64,000 bases of DNA, taken from contig CAWEXP010000008.1 of the NCBI GenBank assembly GCA_963813065.1, forward strand, positions 73,289 to 137,288. Direction: 5' to 3'. The position numbers were made by a program, and so were the translations under genes. This document shows positions 9,763 through 18,672 of the stretch, in pieces (positions within the stretch are counted from its first letter, which is position 1; every line of letters starts with the position of its first letter). Under the pieces are notes generated by a model, which saw only the letters and a program-made list of their open reading frames with translations, ran no database searches and was not told the origin of the DNA. Source of the DNA: Candidatus Kaiserbacteria bacterium. GTDB lineage: Bacteria; Patescibacteriota; Minisyncoccia; Phycocordibacterales; Phycocordibacteraceae.

Positions 9763-10484
9763 GTTTGGCGGAGTGAGTGGCGAACGTAATATTCCTGGAC
9801 GATGCCCACAAGGTTCGTCGTGAGGAAATAGAGCGCGACCGCGCTCGAGGCGGTATACGAAATGACGCCAATCAGGAACGGGAAGACGAACTTCAACTGC
9901 AGACCCATCATCTTCTGGAAGTCGGCCTGCATGCCAGTGCCTCCCTCTGAGGGCTTCATGGTCCCTGCGAGCGCGGCGCGTGCTTGGAAGAATTGGGTGA
10001 TGCCCGCAAGCACTGCGAGAACAATTGATTTTCCTGCAACCGAGATGATGCCGAGGAAGAGGAGCGAGGCATGTGCGGGCACGGGTGTAAAAGGGTAGAG
10101 CCGTGCAATATCAATAGATGAGAACGGCTCGTAGCGGAAGACCCAGTAGAGCGCAAGGAGGACCGGTAATTGAATAAACGCGGTCAAAATACTCGCAAAA
10201 GGATTTACTTTGCGTTCTTTGTAGAGCGCCAGCGTCTCGATGGCTTCTTTTTCTTTGTCGTCTTTATGTTTCTCCTTCAGCGCCTTCAAGTGCGGCTCGA
10301 GCTCTTTCATCGCGCGCTGGGTGCGTGCCGCCGAGAGTGTAAAAGGGAGCAGAACGAGTCGGATGCCGATGGTGAGAATAATAACCGCGATGCCTACGTC
10401 GCCACCCGGCACAAAGGCGACGAGCGCGACGAGCGCGTTGTAGATTGGATTATAGAAAGCGGCGTGGAAGAAACTGCTGATCAT
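9753..10484 (-). CDS. yidC: Membrane protein insertase YidC (short form)
   Basis: YidC/Oxa1 core similarity. Sits in the canonical rnpA-yidC position. Confidence 0.85.
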   Translation of the reverse strand: MISSFFHAAFYNPIYNALVALVAFVPGGDVGIAVIILTIGIRLVLLPFTLSAARTQRAMKELEPHLKALKEKHKDDKEKEAIETLALYKERKVNPFASILTAFIQLPVLLALYWVFRYEPFSSIDIARLYPFTPVPAHASLLFLGIISVAGKSIVLAVLAGITQFFQARAALAGTMKPSEGGTGMQADFQKMMGLQLKFVFPFLIGVISYTASSAVALYFLTTNLVGIVQEYYVRHSLRQTQS

Positions 10485-10495
10485 GTATGTGTAGT

Positions 10496-10819
10496 CTACG
10501 GTCTCGGGGTGATTTTAGAAAGGAGGCCTACGAGCTCGGTCTTCAGGTCGCCAGGCGAGAGGTCGCTGGCACTGGCCTTGGGGAATACCACGAGCGCAGG
10601 CGGCAGAGTGAGCCCGCGCAGGAGCGCTAGGACGCGGCGTTTGAGCCGATGACGAGTGACCGAGAGCCGCGCCGTCTTCTTCGAGATAACGACCGAATAC
10701 CCACACACTTCGCCAGAGGGGACGACCAGCGAGAGATGGGTCGAGGATAGTCGCTTGCCTCGAATAACCGCGGGACTATCGAAATCGGCGCGGGTGAGGC
10801 GAGAGCGGCGGGGGAACAT
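10496..10819 (-). CDS. rnpA: RNase P protein component
   Basis: 107 aa, basic. Its start overlaps the rpmH stop. Confidence 0.8.
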   Translation of the reverse strand: MFPRRSRLTRADFDSPAVIRGKRLSSTHLSLVVPSGEVCGYSVVISKKTARLSVTRHRLKRRVLALLRGLTLPPALVVFPKASASDLSPGDLKTELVGLLSKITPRP

Positions 10820-10959
10820 TAGCGAGAGAGGGTCTTGCGGCCCTGGCGACGGCGCTTCAAGAGAATTTTGCGGCCGGCGCTAGTCTCACTGCGCTTGCGG
10901 AATCCGTGCGTCGTGGCGCGCTTACGCTTATTCGGTTGGTAGGTCTGCTTGGTTGACAT
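10819..10959 (-). CDS. rpmH: 50S ribosomal protein L34
   Basis: Hand translation: [45 protein letters not shown]. Too short for the ORF track. Confidence 0.8.
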   Translation of the reverse strand: MSTKQTYQPNKRKRATTHGFRKRSETSAGRKILLKRRRQGRKTLSR

Positions 10960-11055
10960 GAAAAGATGAATTAAAAGTTATACCCACCATACTAACAGGT
11001 TCTCCACCTTGCGCCAGGGTTTGCAGACTTCGTGGGACGCGTATAATCAACCGAC

Positions 11056-12405
11056 ATGGATACCGGAAATCCGCGCGAACTTTGGGAATATGTACTCACA
11101 CAAGTCGAGCTCTCTATTTCCCCCGCGAATTTCAACACCTGGTTCCGCGACAGTCATGTCGTGAAGATAGAAGAGGGCGTTTTGTATGTCGGCGTGCCGA
11201 GTCAATTCTTCAAAGATTGGTATATCAAGAAGTTCCACGCACTGCTCCTGAAGATTCTCCGCGATCTTTCATACGAATTCCGCAATATTGAGTATCTGAT
11301 CGTGAAAGACGAGCGCCGGAAGCCGCCCAAGGAGCCACGACATGACCATTCTGTTCCCGAGCTCCCGCTCGGCGATTTCTATATCAATAAGAGCGACAAT
11401 TTGAATCCGCGGTATACCTTCGATGCGTTCGTGGTGGGTTCCTTCAACGAGCTTGCGTATACCGCCGCTCAAGCAGCCATCAATCGCCCCGGCATCACCT
11501 ACAATCCGCTCTTCATTTATGGTGACACGGGCCGCGGCAAGACGCATCTTATCCAAGCTATCGGCAATCAATTTAAGAAACTCTATCCGACGCGCAAAGT
11601 TTTTTATCTCACTTCAGAGAAATTCGCAATTGATTACACCGATTCTATCCAGGCAGGTAATGCAAACCGTTTCAAAGACAAGTATCGCCAGTACGATCTC
11701 CTGATTATGGACGATGTACAGTTCCTCTCGAAAAAAGAGAAGACTCAGGAGGAGTTGTTCCATCTCTTTAACACCCTCCACGACACCAACAAACAAATTG
11801 TGTTCTCTTCAGATCGCCCGCCGGTCGCAATTCCGGATATCGCCGAGCGCCTGAAGGGTCGTCTCGCGAGTGGAATGACTATTGATATCTCTGAGCCAGA
11901 CACTGAATCGAGAATGGCGATTGTGCACCGGAAAGCATCTCTCAATGGCATTATCCTCTCGGATGAGGTTATTGAATATGTCGCCACCAACACCACCGGT
12001 TCTATCCGCGAGCTCGAGGGGATGGTGAATAGTATTGTCTGTCACGCACAAGTGAAGGGTATGTCGCCTGATATCGCTGAGGTACGACAGTCGCTCCGCT
12101 CATTTACGCGACCACAGAAGACTATCTCGGTGAAAAATGTCGTCGGGAAAGTCGCAGAGTTCTATGGTATCGAGGAAGAAAGTATCTATGAAAAGACCCG
12201 GAGGAGGGAAGTCGTGCGTCCACGCCAGATCATTATGTACCTTTTGCGAGAGGATTTTAATATTTCATACCCCACTATCGGTACGAAATTGGGTGGGCGC
12301 GATCATACAACGGTTATCCACTCCTGCGAGAAGATAAAGCGTGAAGTAATTGTGGATAGTGACCTCGCGAAAGATATTCAAAGTATTCGTACATTGTTGG
12401 TCTAG
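11056..12405 (+). CDS. dnaA: Chromosomal replication initiator DnaA
   Basis: AAA+ Walker A (GDTGRGKTHL), Walker B (LLIMDDVQF), C-terminal DnaA-box-binding domain. Confidence 0.95.
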   Translation: MDTGNPRELWEYVLTQVELSISPANFNTWFRDSHVVKIEEGVLYVGVPSQFFKDWYIKKFHALLLKILRDLSYEFRNIEYLIVKDERRKPPKEPRHDHSVPELPLGDFYINKSDNLNPRYTFDAFVVGSFNELAYTAAQAAINRPGITYNPLFIYGDTGRGKTHLIQAIGNQFKKLYPTRKVFYLTSEKFAIDYTDSIQAGNANRFKDKYRQYDLLIMDDVQFLSKKEKTQEELFHLFNTLHDTNKQIVFSSDRPPVAIPDIAERLKGRLASGMTIDISEPDTESRMAIVHRKASLNGIILSDEVIEYVATNTTGSIRELEGMVNSIVCHAQVKGMSPDIAEVRQSLRSFTRPQKTISVKNVVGKVAEFYGIEEESIYEKTRRREVVRPRQIIMYLLREDFNISYPTIGTKLGGRDHTTVIHSCEKIKREVIVDSDLAKDIQSIRTLLV

Positions 12406-12514
12406 AACTTATGGAGACTTATCAACAGCATCAAAAGTGGGGTGGGGTTGAAAAAGCAAGTAAATACAAAGCTTATTTGCCTATCCCCAGTATCCACCGC
12501 TATAATAAGGGCGT
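12406..12514. promoter_or_regulatory. Candidate oriC segment with DnaA-box-like 9-mers
   Basis: dnaA-dnaN intergenic region contains TTATCAACA (12419-12427, 8/9 to TTATCCACA), TATCCCCA and TATCCACC (12482-12498). The rpmH-dnaA spacer (10960-11055) has weaker box-like motifs. Confidence 0.4.
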
Positions 12515-13615
12515 ATGATTGTTTCTCTAAATAAAAAAATATTCTCTGAAGCAGTGTTGATAAGTGCACGATTCGCCGAGCGCCGAGCGACCACCCTACC
12601 CGTTCTTGCCGCAATTCTTATCATTGCCGCTGATGAGGGAATCAAATTGCGCGCAACCAATCTCGAAACTGCCGTCGATTTGAAAGTGAAGGGTGAATGT
12701 AAATCGACGGGAGTGGTCGCTGTCCCGGCGAACATACTTCAACAAATTGCTTCATCGCTTGGTGGAGAAGGAGATATTACTCTTGAGCACACAGGGTCTT
12801 CTCTCACACTCAAGAACGGTTCGAGTAAAAGTGTACTAAAAACCATCCCGTACGACGATTTTCCTTCCATACCATTCCCTGAAAGTTCTAAAAATAGACT
12901 TCTCCTCTCTGGAGCGATGTTGAAATCTCTTTTCACCACTCTTGTTTCTTGTGCTTCGAATTCAACCGTCCGTCCTGAGCTCGCCAGCATCTATCTCTCT
13001 ATTGAAGGAGGAATGTTGACCGCAGTCGCGACTGACTCATTCCGTCTCGCGGAGAAGAAAATTCCACTCGCGAGTCGTGGTGCACAAGGGAAGATACTTA
13101 TTCCCGCAAAGAATGCCGCCGAAATTGCTCAAGCACTTCCCGATGAAGAGATTATTGTTTCCTTCGATGAGCATCAATGCGCATTTATCGGGAGTCATGG
13201 CATGTTCGTCACCCGCCTCACGAATGCCACCTATCCTGATTATCGCCAAATCATTCCAAAAGAATCGGTGGTTGAAGCAGTTGTTCTTAAAAAAGATTTT
13301 GAAAGCGCGTTGAAGCGAACTACTATCTTTGCTGATTCATTCCAGAAAGTAAAAATAACGTTTGAGCCGAAGACGCATAAACTCTCCTTCTTCGCCCACA
13401 ATGCCGATCTTGGAGAATCCTCAGAATCAATTCCGGCACAAATGTCGGGCACGAATCTCGACCTCTCGTTCAACCACCGCTACCTCTCTGCGGCACTCTC
13501 GCTGACGCATGCCGAGAGTATTTCAATCACTGCCGCAGGTCCGGGGCGTCCCGTGCTTATTAAAGGTGTTGGCGACTCATCATTCCTCTATCTTGTTTCG
13601 CCAATGAATAACTAG
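12515..13615 (+). CDS. dnaN: DNA polymerase III beta sliding clamp
   Basis: 366 aa, three-domain clamp architecture, located after dnaA. Confidence 0.9.
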   Translation: MIVSLNKKIFSEAVLISARFAERRATTLPVLAAILIIAADEGIKLRATNLETAVDLKVKGECKSTGVVAVPANILQQIASSLGGEGDITLEHTGSSLTLKNGSSKSVLKTIPYDDFPSIPFPESSKNRLLLSGAMLKSLFTTLVSCASNSTVRPELASIYLSIEGGMLTAVATDSFRLAEKKIPLASRGAQGKILIPAKNAAEIAQALPDEEIIVSFDEHQCAFIGSHGMFVTRLTNATYPDYRQIIPKESVVEAVVLKKDFESALKRTTIFADSFQKVKITFEPKTHKLSFFAHNADLGESSESIPAQMSGTNLDLSFNHRYLSAALSLTHAESISITAAGPGRPVLIKGVGDSSFLYLVSPMNN

Positions 13616-13620
13616 TCTTG

Positions 13621-13665
13621 AGTGAGATCAGACCTAAACAGCAACTGTTTAGGTCTGATCTCACT
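13621..13665. terminator. Perfect 21-bp inverted repeat (3-nt loop) between convergent dnaN and PBP1A genes
   Basis: agtgagatcagacctaaacag-caa-ctgtttaggtctgatctcact. Confidence 0.5.
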
Positions 13666-15818
13666 CATTCACTAGAAGAAAGAGGGACCGGGAGCATGAC
13701 ACCACCAGAGAAGAGGTTAGGGTGCGACGCATACCATGCTTGGACGCCATACTCCCAGTAGGAAAACTGTGGATCGCTTGCAGGATTCGAGGGTGGCGCA
13801 CCTTGCGGATTATTTTTATCAGTCCAGTAGAGCAGATCATGCGGAGTAAGTGAGCCTGAAGAATCGGGAATCTGCCAATTACCTTGGAGGAGTGGCGGCA
13901 CGCTCGAGAAAATCGGATCGGGCTCGCCGAAGTAGGTCTTCGAATATTTAGAAACGGCATAGGTCATCGCATCGTGCCACATCGGAGCGACAATGAAACC
14001 AGCAATCGACTTCACCATGGGGCTGTTGTCATTATTGCCTGCCCAGACGCCAAGTGCGATCGAAGGGGTGTAACCAATCGTCCAAGCATCGCGGGTGTCA
14101 TTAGTGGTACCCGTCTTCACTGCGACATCATAGCCAGGAATGGTGAGGGGAGAATCGAGTGCATATTCAGGTACCCGTGCCGGTGCATCAGAGAGCATCG
14201 CGGATACGTCACGCGCGATATTTGCGGGGATCACCCGTGTCGAATTCGGCGTGTATTGCTGGAGCATAGTCCCTGACGCATCTTGCACCTCAAGAATCCC
14301 GGTCGACGGATTGAGGACTCCATCGTTGCCGAAGGCGCCATACGCATTCGTGAGGTCGAGGAGTCGTACCTCGCCACCGCCGAGCACGAGTGTGAGGCCG
14401 TATTGCGCGGCATTGCCGAGCGACGAGAGACCAAATGATTCGGCGAGACCGATCGCATTCTGGATACCAACCAAATAGAGTACTTTGATCGCCGGCACAT
14501 TGATTGATTGTGCGAGCGCCGTCTCGAAGGTCATTGGTCCGCGGAAGGTCCCGTCGAAGTCCTGGGGCGCGTAGCAGGGTGGAGTGTCATTGGTGACGTC
14601 AGAAGGGGAACAGGCGGTAGAGAATTGGGTTGGAACATCGAAGACGACGGTGTCGCGGGTATAGCCGTGCATGAGCGCGAGGCCGTAGATAAAGGGCTTC
14701 ATGGTCGAGCCAGGCTGGCGAGAAGCAAGTGCCGCATTGTATTGGCCGTCAGTTGTGGTGCTGAAGAAATTGTTCGAGCCGACCATCGCTAATATCTGGC
14801 CCGTAGAGGGATCAGTCGCTACCAAGGCCTCGTTACTCGCTTTGAAATTCTTTAAATTACTTGCCGCGTAACTTTCCACTACTGATTCCATATGCACCTG
14901 GAGATCAGCATCGAGTGTAGTGGTCACTTTGAGTCCCCGCGCGAGGGCGCTCTCGCCGTAGGTCTGCTCAAGCTGGTCGAGAATGTAGAACACAAAATGC
15001 GGCGCGATAATGGAATGTTGACCCGCGGGATTCGTCGTCGCGAAAGAAACTTTCTCAACTTTTGCCGAAGCATAGTCGGCATCGGAGATGAATCCCAGTG
15101 TATGCATACGATCGAGTACCAAATCCTTCCGTGCATCGAGCGCGGCCCGGTGTTGGCCATAGGGCGAGTAATACGAGGGTGCTTGTATCATCGCAGAGAG
15201 ATATGCCGACTCAGCGATGGTCAGATCTTTTGACGACACTCCAAAGTACGCCTCACTCGCTGATTCGATGCCGTAGAGGGTGCCGCCATAGGGGATGGCA
15301 TTGAGGTAGGCTTCGAGTATCTGATTTTTTGAATACGCCTGCTCGAGACGAATGGCCAGAATCCACTCATGCACCTTACGTGTGATGCTTTTCTCGTTGG
15401 TGAGAATGGTGTTCTTCACCAACTGCTGGGTAATCGTCGAACCGCCCTGCGTCGAGCCGCCCGGTATGAGGTCGGCGAGTGCCGCACGAATGATGGAGGT
15501 GAAGCGGACGCCGCCGTGTTCGTAGAAACTCGAGTCTTCAATGGCAATAGTTGCATTAATTGCCTCGGGCGCGATTGACGCAAGAGGTACGACCTCACGT
15601 CGCGCGTCGCGATTGTAGTCATAGAGGAGCACTTGCCCCGTGCGGTCATAAATCTTGGTCGACTGATCGACCTGGCGCGCGGTGAAGGACGCGATGTCCG
15701 GCGTCGGCGTGAACGCCGCGCCAATGAGGAGGATTCCCGCAAACAAGAAGCCAAGGCCAAGGACGGCGAAACAGATAGTGAGCAGGATATGCTGAACCCG
15801 CTTCGGGTGCTTGCGCAT
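13665..15818 (-). CDS. mrcA: Penicillin-binding protein 1A (transglycosylase + transpeptidase)
   Basis: N-terminal TM. GT51 motifs (EDSSFYEHGG, GGSTITQQLVKN). Transpeptidase motifs STMKPF and KTGT. Confidence 0.9.
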   Translation of the reverse strand: MRKHPKRVQHILLTICFAVLGLGFLFAGILLIGAAFTPTPDIASFTARQVDQSTKIYDRTGQVLLYDYNRDARREVVPLASIAPEAINATIAIEDSSFYEHGGVRFTSIIRAALADLIPGGSTQGGSTITQQLVKNTILTNEKSITRKVHEWILAIRLEQAYSKNQILEAYLNAIPYGGTLYGIESASEAYFGVSSKDLTIAESAYLSAMIQAPSYYSPYGQHRAALDARKDLVLDRMHTLGFISDADYASAKVEKVSFATTNPAGQHSIIAPHFVFYILDQLEQTYGESALARGLKVTTTLDADLQVHMESVVESYAASNLKNFKASNEALVATDPSTGQILAMVGSNNFFSTTTDGQYNAALASRQPGSTMKPFIYGLALMHGYTRDTVVFDVPTQFSTACSPSDVTNDTPPCYAPQDFDGTFRGPMTFETALAQSINVPAIKVLYLVGIQNAIGLAESFGLSSLGNAAQYGLTLVLGGGEVRLLDLTNAYGAFGNDGVLNPSTGILEVQDASGTMLQQYTPNSTRVIPANIARDVSAMLSDAPARVPEYALDSPLTIPGYDVAVKTGTTNDTRDAWTIGYTPSIALGVWAGNNDNSPMVKSIAGFIVAPMWHDAMTYAVSKYSKTYFGEPDPIFSSVPPLLQGNWQIPDSSGSLTPHDLLYWTDKNNPQGAPPSNPASDPQFSYWEYGVQAWYASHPNLFSGGVMLPVPLSSSE

Positions 15819-15836
15819 CCTACGATGCTAACACAA

Positions 15837-16328
15837 TTAGACGTCGAGTTGCGAAAAAACTATTTTTTGTGCAAGTGCCGCAATCCCCAGGGCAATAGCG
15901 TCGAGCTCGTCGTCGCGGCGCTTACGGGGCGGAAGCGCAATAAGTCGAGGAATCATGCGGGCCACAGCCGCCTTGTCGGCATTGCCGTATCCGGTGACCG
16001 CGAGCTTGACCTGTTGGGGTGAACACTCGAGAACGAGAACCCCCGCAAGACCGGCGGCAGAGAGGATGACACCGCGCGCCTCGGCAACAGGCAGAGCGGT
16101 TTTCTTATTGTTCGTACTGAAAAAGAGTGTTTCGATTGCGAGGAGGTCGGGCGCATATTTTTTGAGCGCTCCCGCGACAGCGCGATGCACCTCGGCAAGG
16201 CGCGCAGGCGGAGAACCTTTCTTGGGCTCGACGCAATCACTCCAGACCAGTTGTGGCTTGCTCGCGTCGCCTTCGACGACCGCGATGCCGAGCCGGTCGT
16301 AGCCCGGGTCAATCGCTAGTACTCTCAT
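15837..16328 (-). CDS. ruvC: Holliday junction resolvase RuvC
   Basis: MRVLAIDPGYDRLGIAV... (RNase H-like fold). The track ORF is extended upstream; the real start is the ATG at complement 16326-16328. Confidence 0.8.
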   Translation of the reverse strand: MRVLAIDPGYDRLGIAVVEGDASKPQLVWSDCVEPKKGSPPARLAEVHRAVAGALKKYAPDLLAIETLFFSTNNKKTALPVAEARGVILSAAGLAGVLVLECSPQQVKLAVTGYGNADKAAVARMIPRLIALPPRKRRDDELDAIALGIAALAQKIVFSQLDV

Positions 16329-16866
16329 ACCCGCGTGCATTAGTGAAGATGATTTGGACATCTTCATGATCGTCGAGCGCTTCGAGGAGCTGAGAGAGCT
16401 TCTCCTCATCAGCGCCTGCGACCTCGGCTAGGGGCTCATTCGCCGCGTAGCCGCCCTCGGCCTTCTTCGAGAAGGCCCAGAGTGCGGAGCCAGGTGCCGC
16501 AAGCTCGACACCATGTTGGGAAAGAAGGTGCTTAATCTCCTGCGTCGTACGATTCTTGTTATCAGTCATCGCTTCGACGATAAGCGCCGCGCCTGAGGGA
16601 CCATAGGCCTCGTAGACGACCTGTTCGAGACTGCCCGCGTCCTTCGACATTCCCTTCGCGATAGCGCGCTCGATATTGTCCTTCGGCATATTTGCCGCCT
16701 TCGCGCGCGCGATAACCGCCGCGAGTGCGGGCGCCGCGACCGCACCGTTCGCCTTCTTCGATTCGAGCGCGATGTGGCGCGCGAATCGTGAGAAGACACG
16801 ACTCCGCGCGCCGTCGGTGACCGCTTTTTGTCGCTTTATCTGCGCCCATTTATTGTGTCCGGACAT
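16309..16866 (-). CDS. YebC/PmpR-family transcriptional regulator
   Basis: MSGHNKWAQIKRQKAVTDGARSRVFSRFARHI is the conserved N-terminus of the family. Confidence 0.8.
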   Translation of the reverse strand: MSGHNKWAQIKRQKAVTDGARSRVFSRFARHIALESKKANGAVAAPALAAVIARAKAANMPKDNIERAIAKGMSKDAGSLEQVVYEAYGPSGAALIVEAMTDNKNRTTQEIKHLLSQHGVELAAPGSALWAFSKKAEGGYAANEPLAEVAGADEEKLSQLLEALDDHEDVQIIFTNARGYESTSD

Positions 16867-17332
16867 GGTGAGAGTGTAAACAATAATGAGAGTACCAGCA
16901 CACAGCTAACAGGCTCGCGAGTATCAGCGTGAGATCCATAAAGACGAGCGGACTGAGGAATGTGACGCCGTTCGTCGCGACTTGCATCCAGAAATGAGTC
17001 GGCGATACGAACACGAATCTGCCTTGGGTGACGAGTGATACACCCGAGGGGAGCGCGAGCACTTCGCCAACAATGAAAGCGCCGCCAATCCGTGTCCCGT
17101 ACCGCCACACGTCGGGCACGAGGGCACCTGCCGCATATGCCAAGCAAGCACCCAGCGCCACATCAATCAGCAAACGGAGCACAAGGATGACGTACCAGAG
17201 AACTACGAAGCTCAGTGAAGGGGCGAGGTAGGGCAATACGACATAGTTCGCGATGAGCGGCGTGAGCGACCAGCCGAAAAAGCCCACTACGAGCGTTACG
17301 AGGAAAAAGAAAACGAGCGGACGCCAGGTCAT
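16850..17332 (-). CDS. Polytopic membrane hypothetical protein
   Basis: Four predicted TM helices, between yebC-like and ruvB. Confidence 0.4.
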   Translation of the reverse strand: MTWRPLVFFFLVTLVVGFFGWSLTPLIANYVVLPYLAPSLSFVVLWYVILVLRLLIDVALGACLAYAAGALVPDVWRYGTRIGGAFIVGEVLALPSGVSLVTQGRFVFVSPTHFWMQVATNGVTFLSPLVFMDLTLILASLLAVCWYSHYCLHSHHVRTQ

Positions 17333-18348
17333 AACAGTTTCTGCAGAGCTGATTGCAAATATTCGCGCCCTTTCTCGGTCAAGATGCGTCCGCGCGGCGA
17401 GCGCTCGACGAGGCCGAGGCGCAGGAGATAGGGCTCGTAGACGTTCTCGAGTGTCTCGACCTCTTCGTGGAGACCCGAGGCGAGCGCGCGGATACCTGCC
17501 GGCCCACCTCTGAAGCTGTGTTGAAGAGTTTCGAGATAGCGACGGTCATCTTTGGTCAGGCCGAAAGCGTCGACACCGAAGAGTTCGCACGCTTCATCGC
17601 AGAGCTCGGCCGAGAGCGGGCGTTCACGCACTTCGGAGAAGTCACGGACGCGCTTCAAGAGTGAATTCGCGACGCGCGGAGTCGCGCGACTCCGCGCCGC
17701 AATGCGATCAATGACGGCCTCAGGCGCATCGAGCCCGAGGAGGAGGGCCGATCGGCGAATAATATCGCGCAATTCTTTTTCGCTATAGAAATCGAGCTGG
17801 TACGTGCCGCCGCCGAAGCGTGAGCGTAGGGGGCCCGAGAGTTCGGCGACGCGGGTAGTCGCGCCGACGAGCGTAAAGGGTGGAAGCGGGAGCTCAACGG
17901 TTCGCGCTGAAGGGCCTTTCCCCAAGACGATGTCGAGATGACCGCTTTCGAGCGCGGGGTAGAGCAATTCTTCAATCTTGCGCGAGAGGCGATGGATTTC
18001 GTCGATGAACAGCACGGTGCCCGGTTCGAGATTGGTGAGAATGGCGGCGAGATCGGCCGCGCGTTCGATGGCGACGCCCGACGTATTCTTCAAATGGGCG
18101 CCGAGGGTGTTCGCGACGAGGTGGGCGAGGGTCGTTTTGCCGACGCCTGGGGGGCCATAGAAGAGAATGTGTTCGGGCATGCCGCCGCGCTTCTTGGCGG
18201 CGTCAATGGCGATGCGGACATTCGCCTTGATCTGTTCCTGCCCGACATACTCCTCCCAGCGCGCGGGGCGGAGCGCCGCATCGAGCACTTCCGTCACTAC
18301 CATTCCACCTTCTGCATCTTGTTTGACGGTCGGTCGAGGACTTGACAT
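17329..18348 (-). CDS. ruvB: Holliday junction branch-migration helicase RuvB
   Basis: AAA+ motifs FYGPPGVGKTTLAHLVA and LFIDEIHRL, C-terminal winged helix. Confidence 0.95.
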   Translation of the reverse strand: MSSPRPTVKQDAEGGMVVTEVLDAALRPARWEEYVGQEQIKANVRIAIDAAKKRGGMPEHILFYGPPGVGKTTLAHLVANTLGAHLKNTSGVAIERAADLAAILTNLEPGTVLFIDEIHRLSRKIEELLYPALESGHLDIVLGKGPSARTVELPLPPFTLVGATTRVAELSGPLRSRFGGGTYQLDFYSEKELRDIIRRSALLLGLDAPEAVIDRIAARSRATPRVANSLLKRVRDFSEVRERPLSAELCDEACELFGVDAFGLTKDDRRYLETLQHSFRGGPAGIRALASGLHEEVETLENVYEPYLLRLGLVERSPRGRILTEKGREYLQSALQKLL

Positions 18349-18360
18349 AAAAATGGGCTA

Positions 18361-18654
18361 GTGCTACCATCGTACCACAGAGTTTTGATCCTGTTCATAT
18401 TCCTCCTGGCAAGGCTTGACGGCTTCGGGCGTTACCCCAAGGACCTTCTGGTCCCGCATTTCGGTGCGGGTACTGGTCTCATCCTCAGGTGTCTCGTCCA
18501 CGCACCACTCCGGTGGAGCGATCGCCTGGAGGAATATGAACGGGATTGGCCCGTTCTTTCTACGGAGGAAGCTGTGGAGTTCATCAATCCATACAAAAAA
18601 CGCGTTTCAGGATTATTTCAACGCCACTCTGAACTGAATCCCAAGCCCCGCTAA
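18361..18654 (+). CDS. Small ORF (97 aa, GTG start) or structured ncRNA; identity unresolved
   Basis: About 320-bp interval between ruvB and pilB containing multiple stable hairpins (ggacc-ttct-ggtcc, cccgca-tttcgg-tgcggg, gaacggg-attgg-cccgttc) and ending in a plus-strand intrinsic terminator. Confidence 0.2.
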   Translation: MLPSYHRVLILFIFLLARLDGFGRYPKDLLVPHFGAGTGLILRCLVHAPLRWSDRLEEYERDWPVLSTEEAVEFINPYKKRVSGLFQRHSELNPKPR

Positions 18655-18672
18655 CCGCGGGGCATTTTATTT
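18645..18672 (+). terminator. Rho-independent terminator (plus strand)
   Basis: gccccgc-taacc-gcggggc followed by attttattta. Confidence 0.5.

Noticed and set aside
18349-18672. SRP RNA, RNase P RNA or tmRNA in the ruvB-pilB spacer
   Set aside because: None of the universal motifs were found: the GGAAGCAGC domain IV of SRP RNA, the GGAAAGTCCGG of P4 in RNase P RNA, or the tRNA-like 3' end of tmRNA. It is left as an unclassified structured region.
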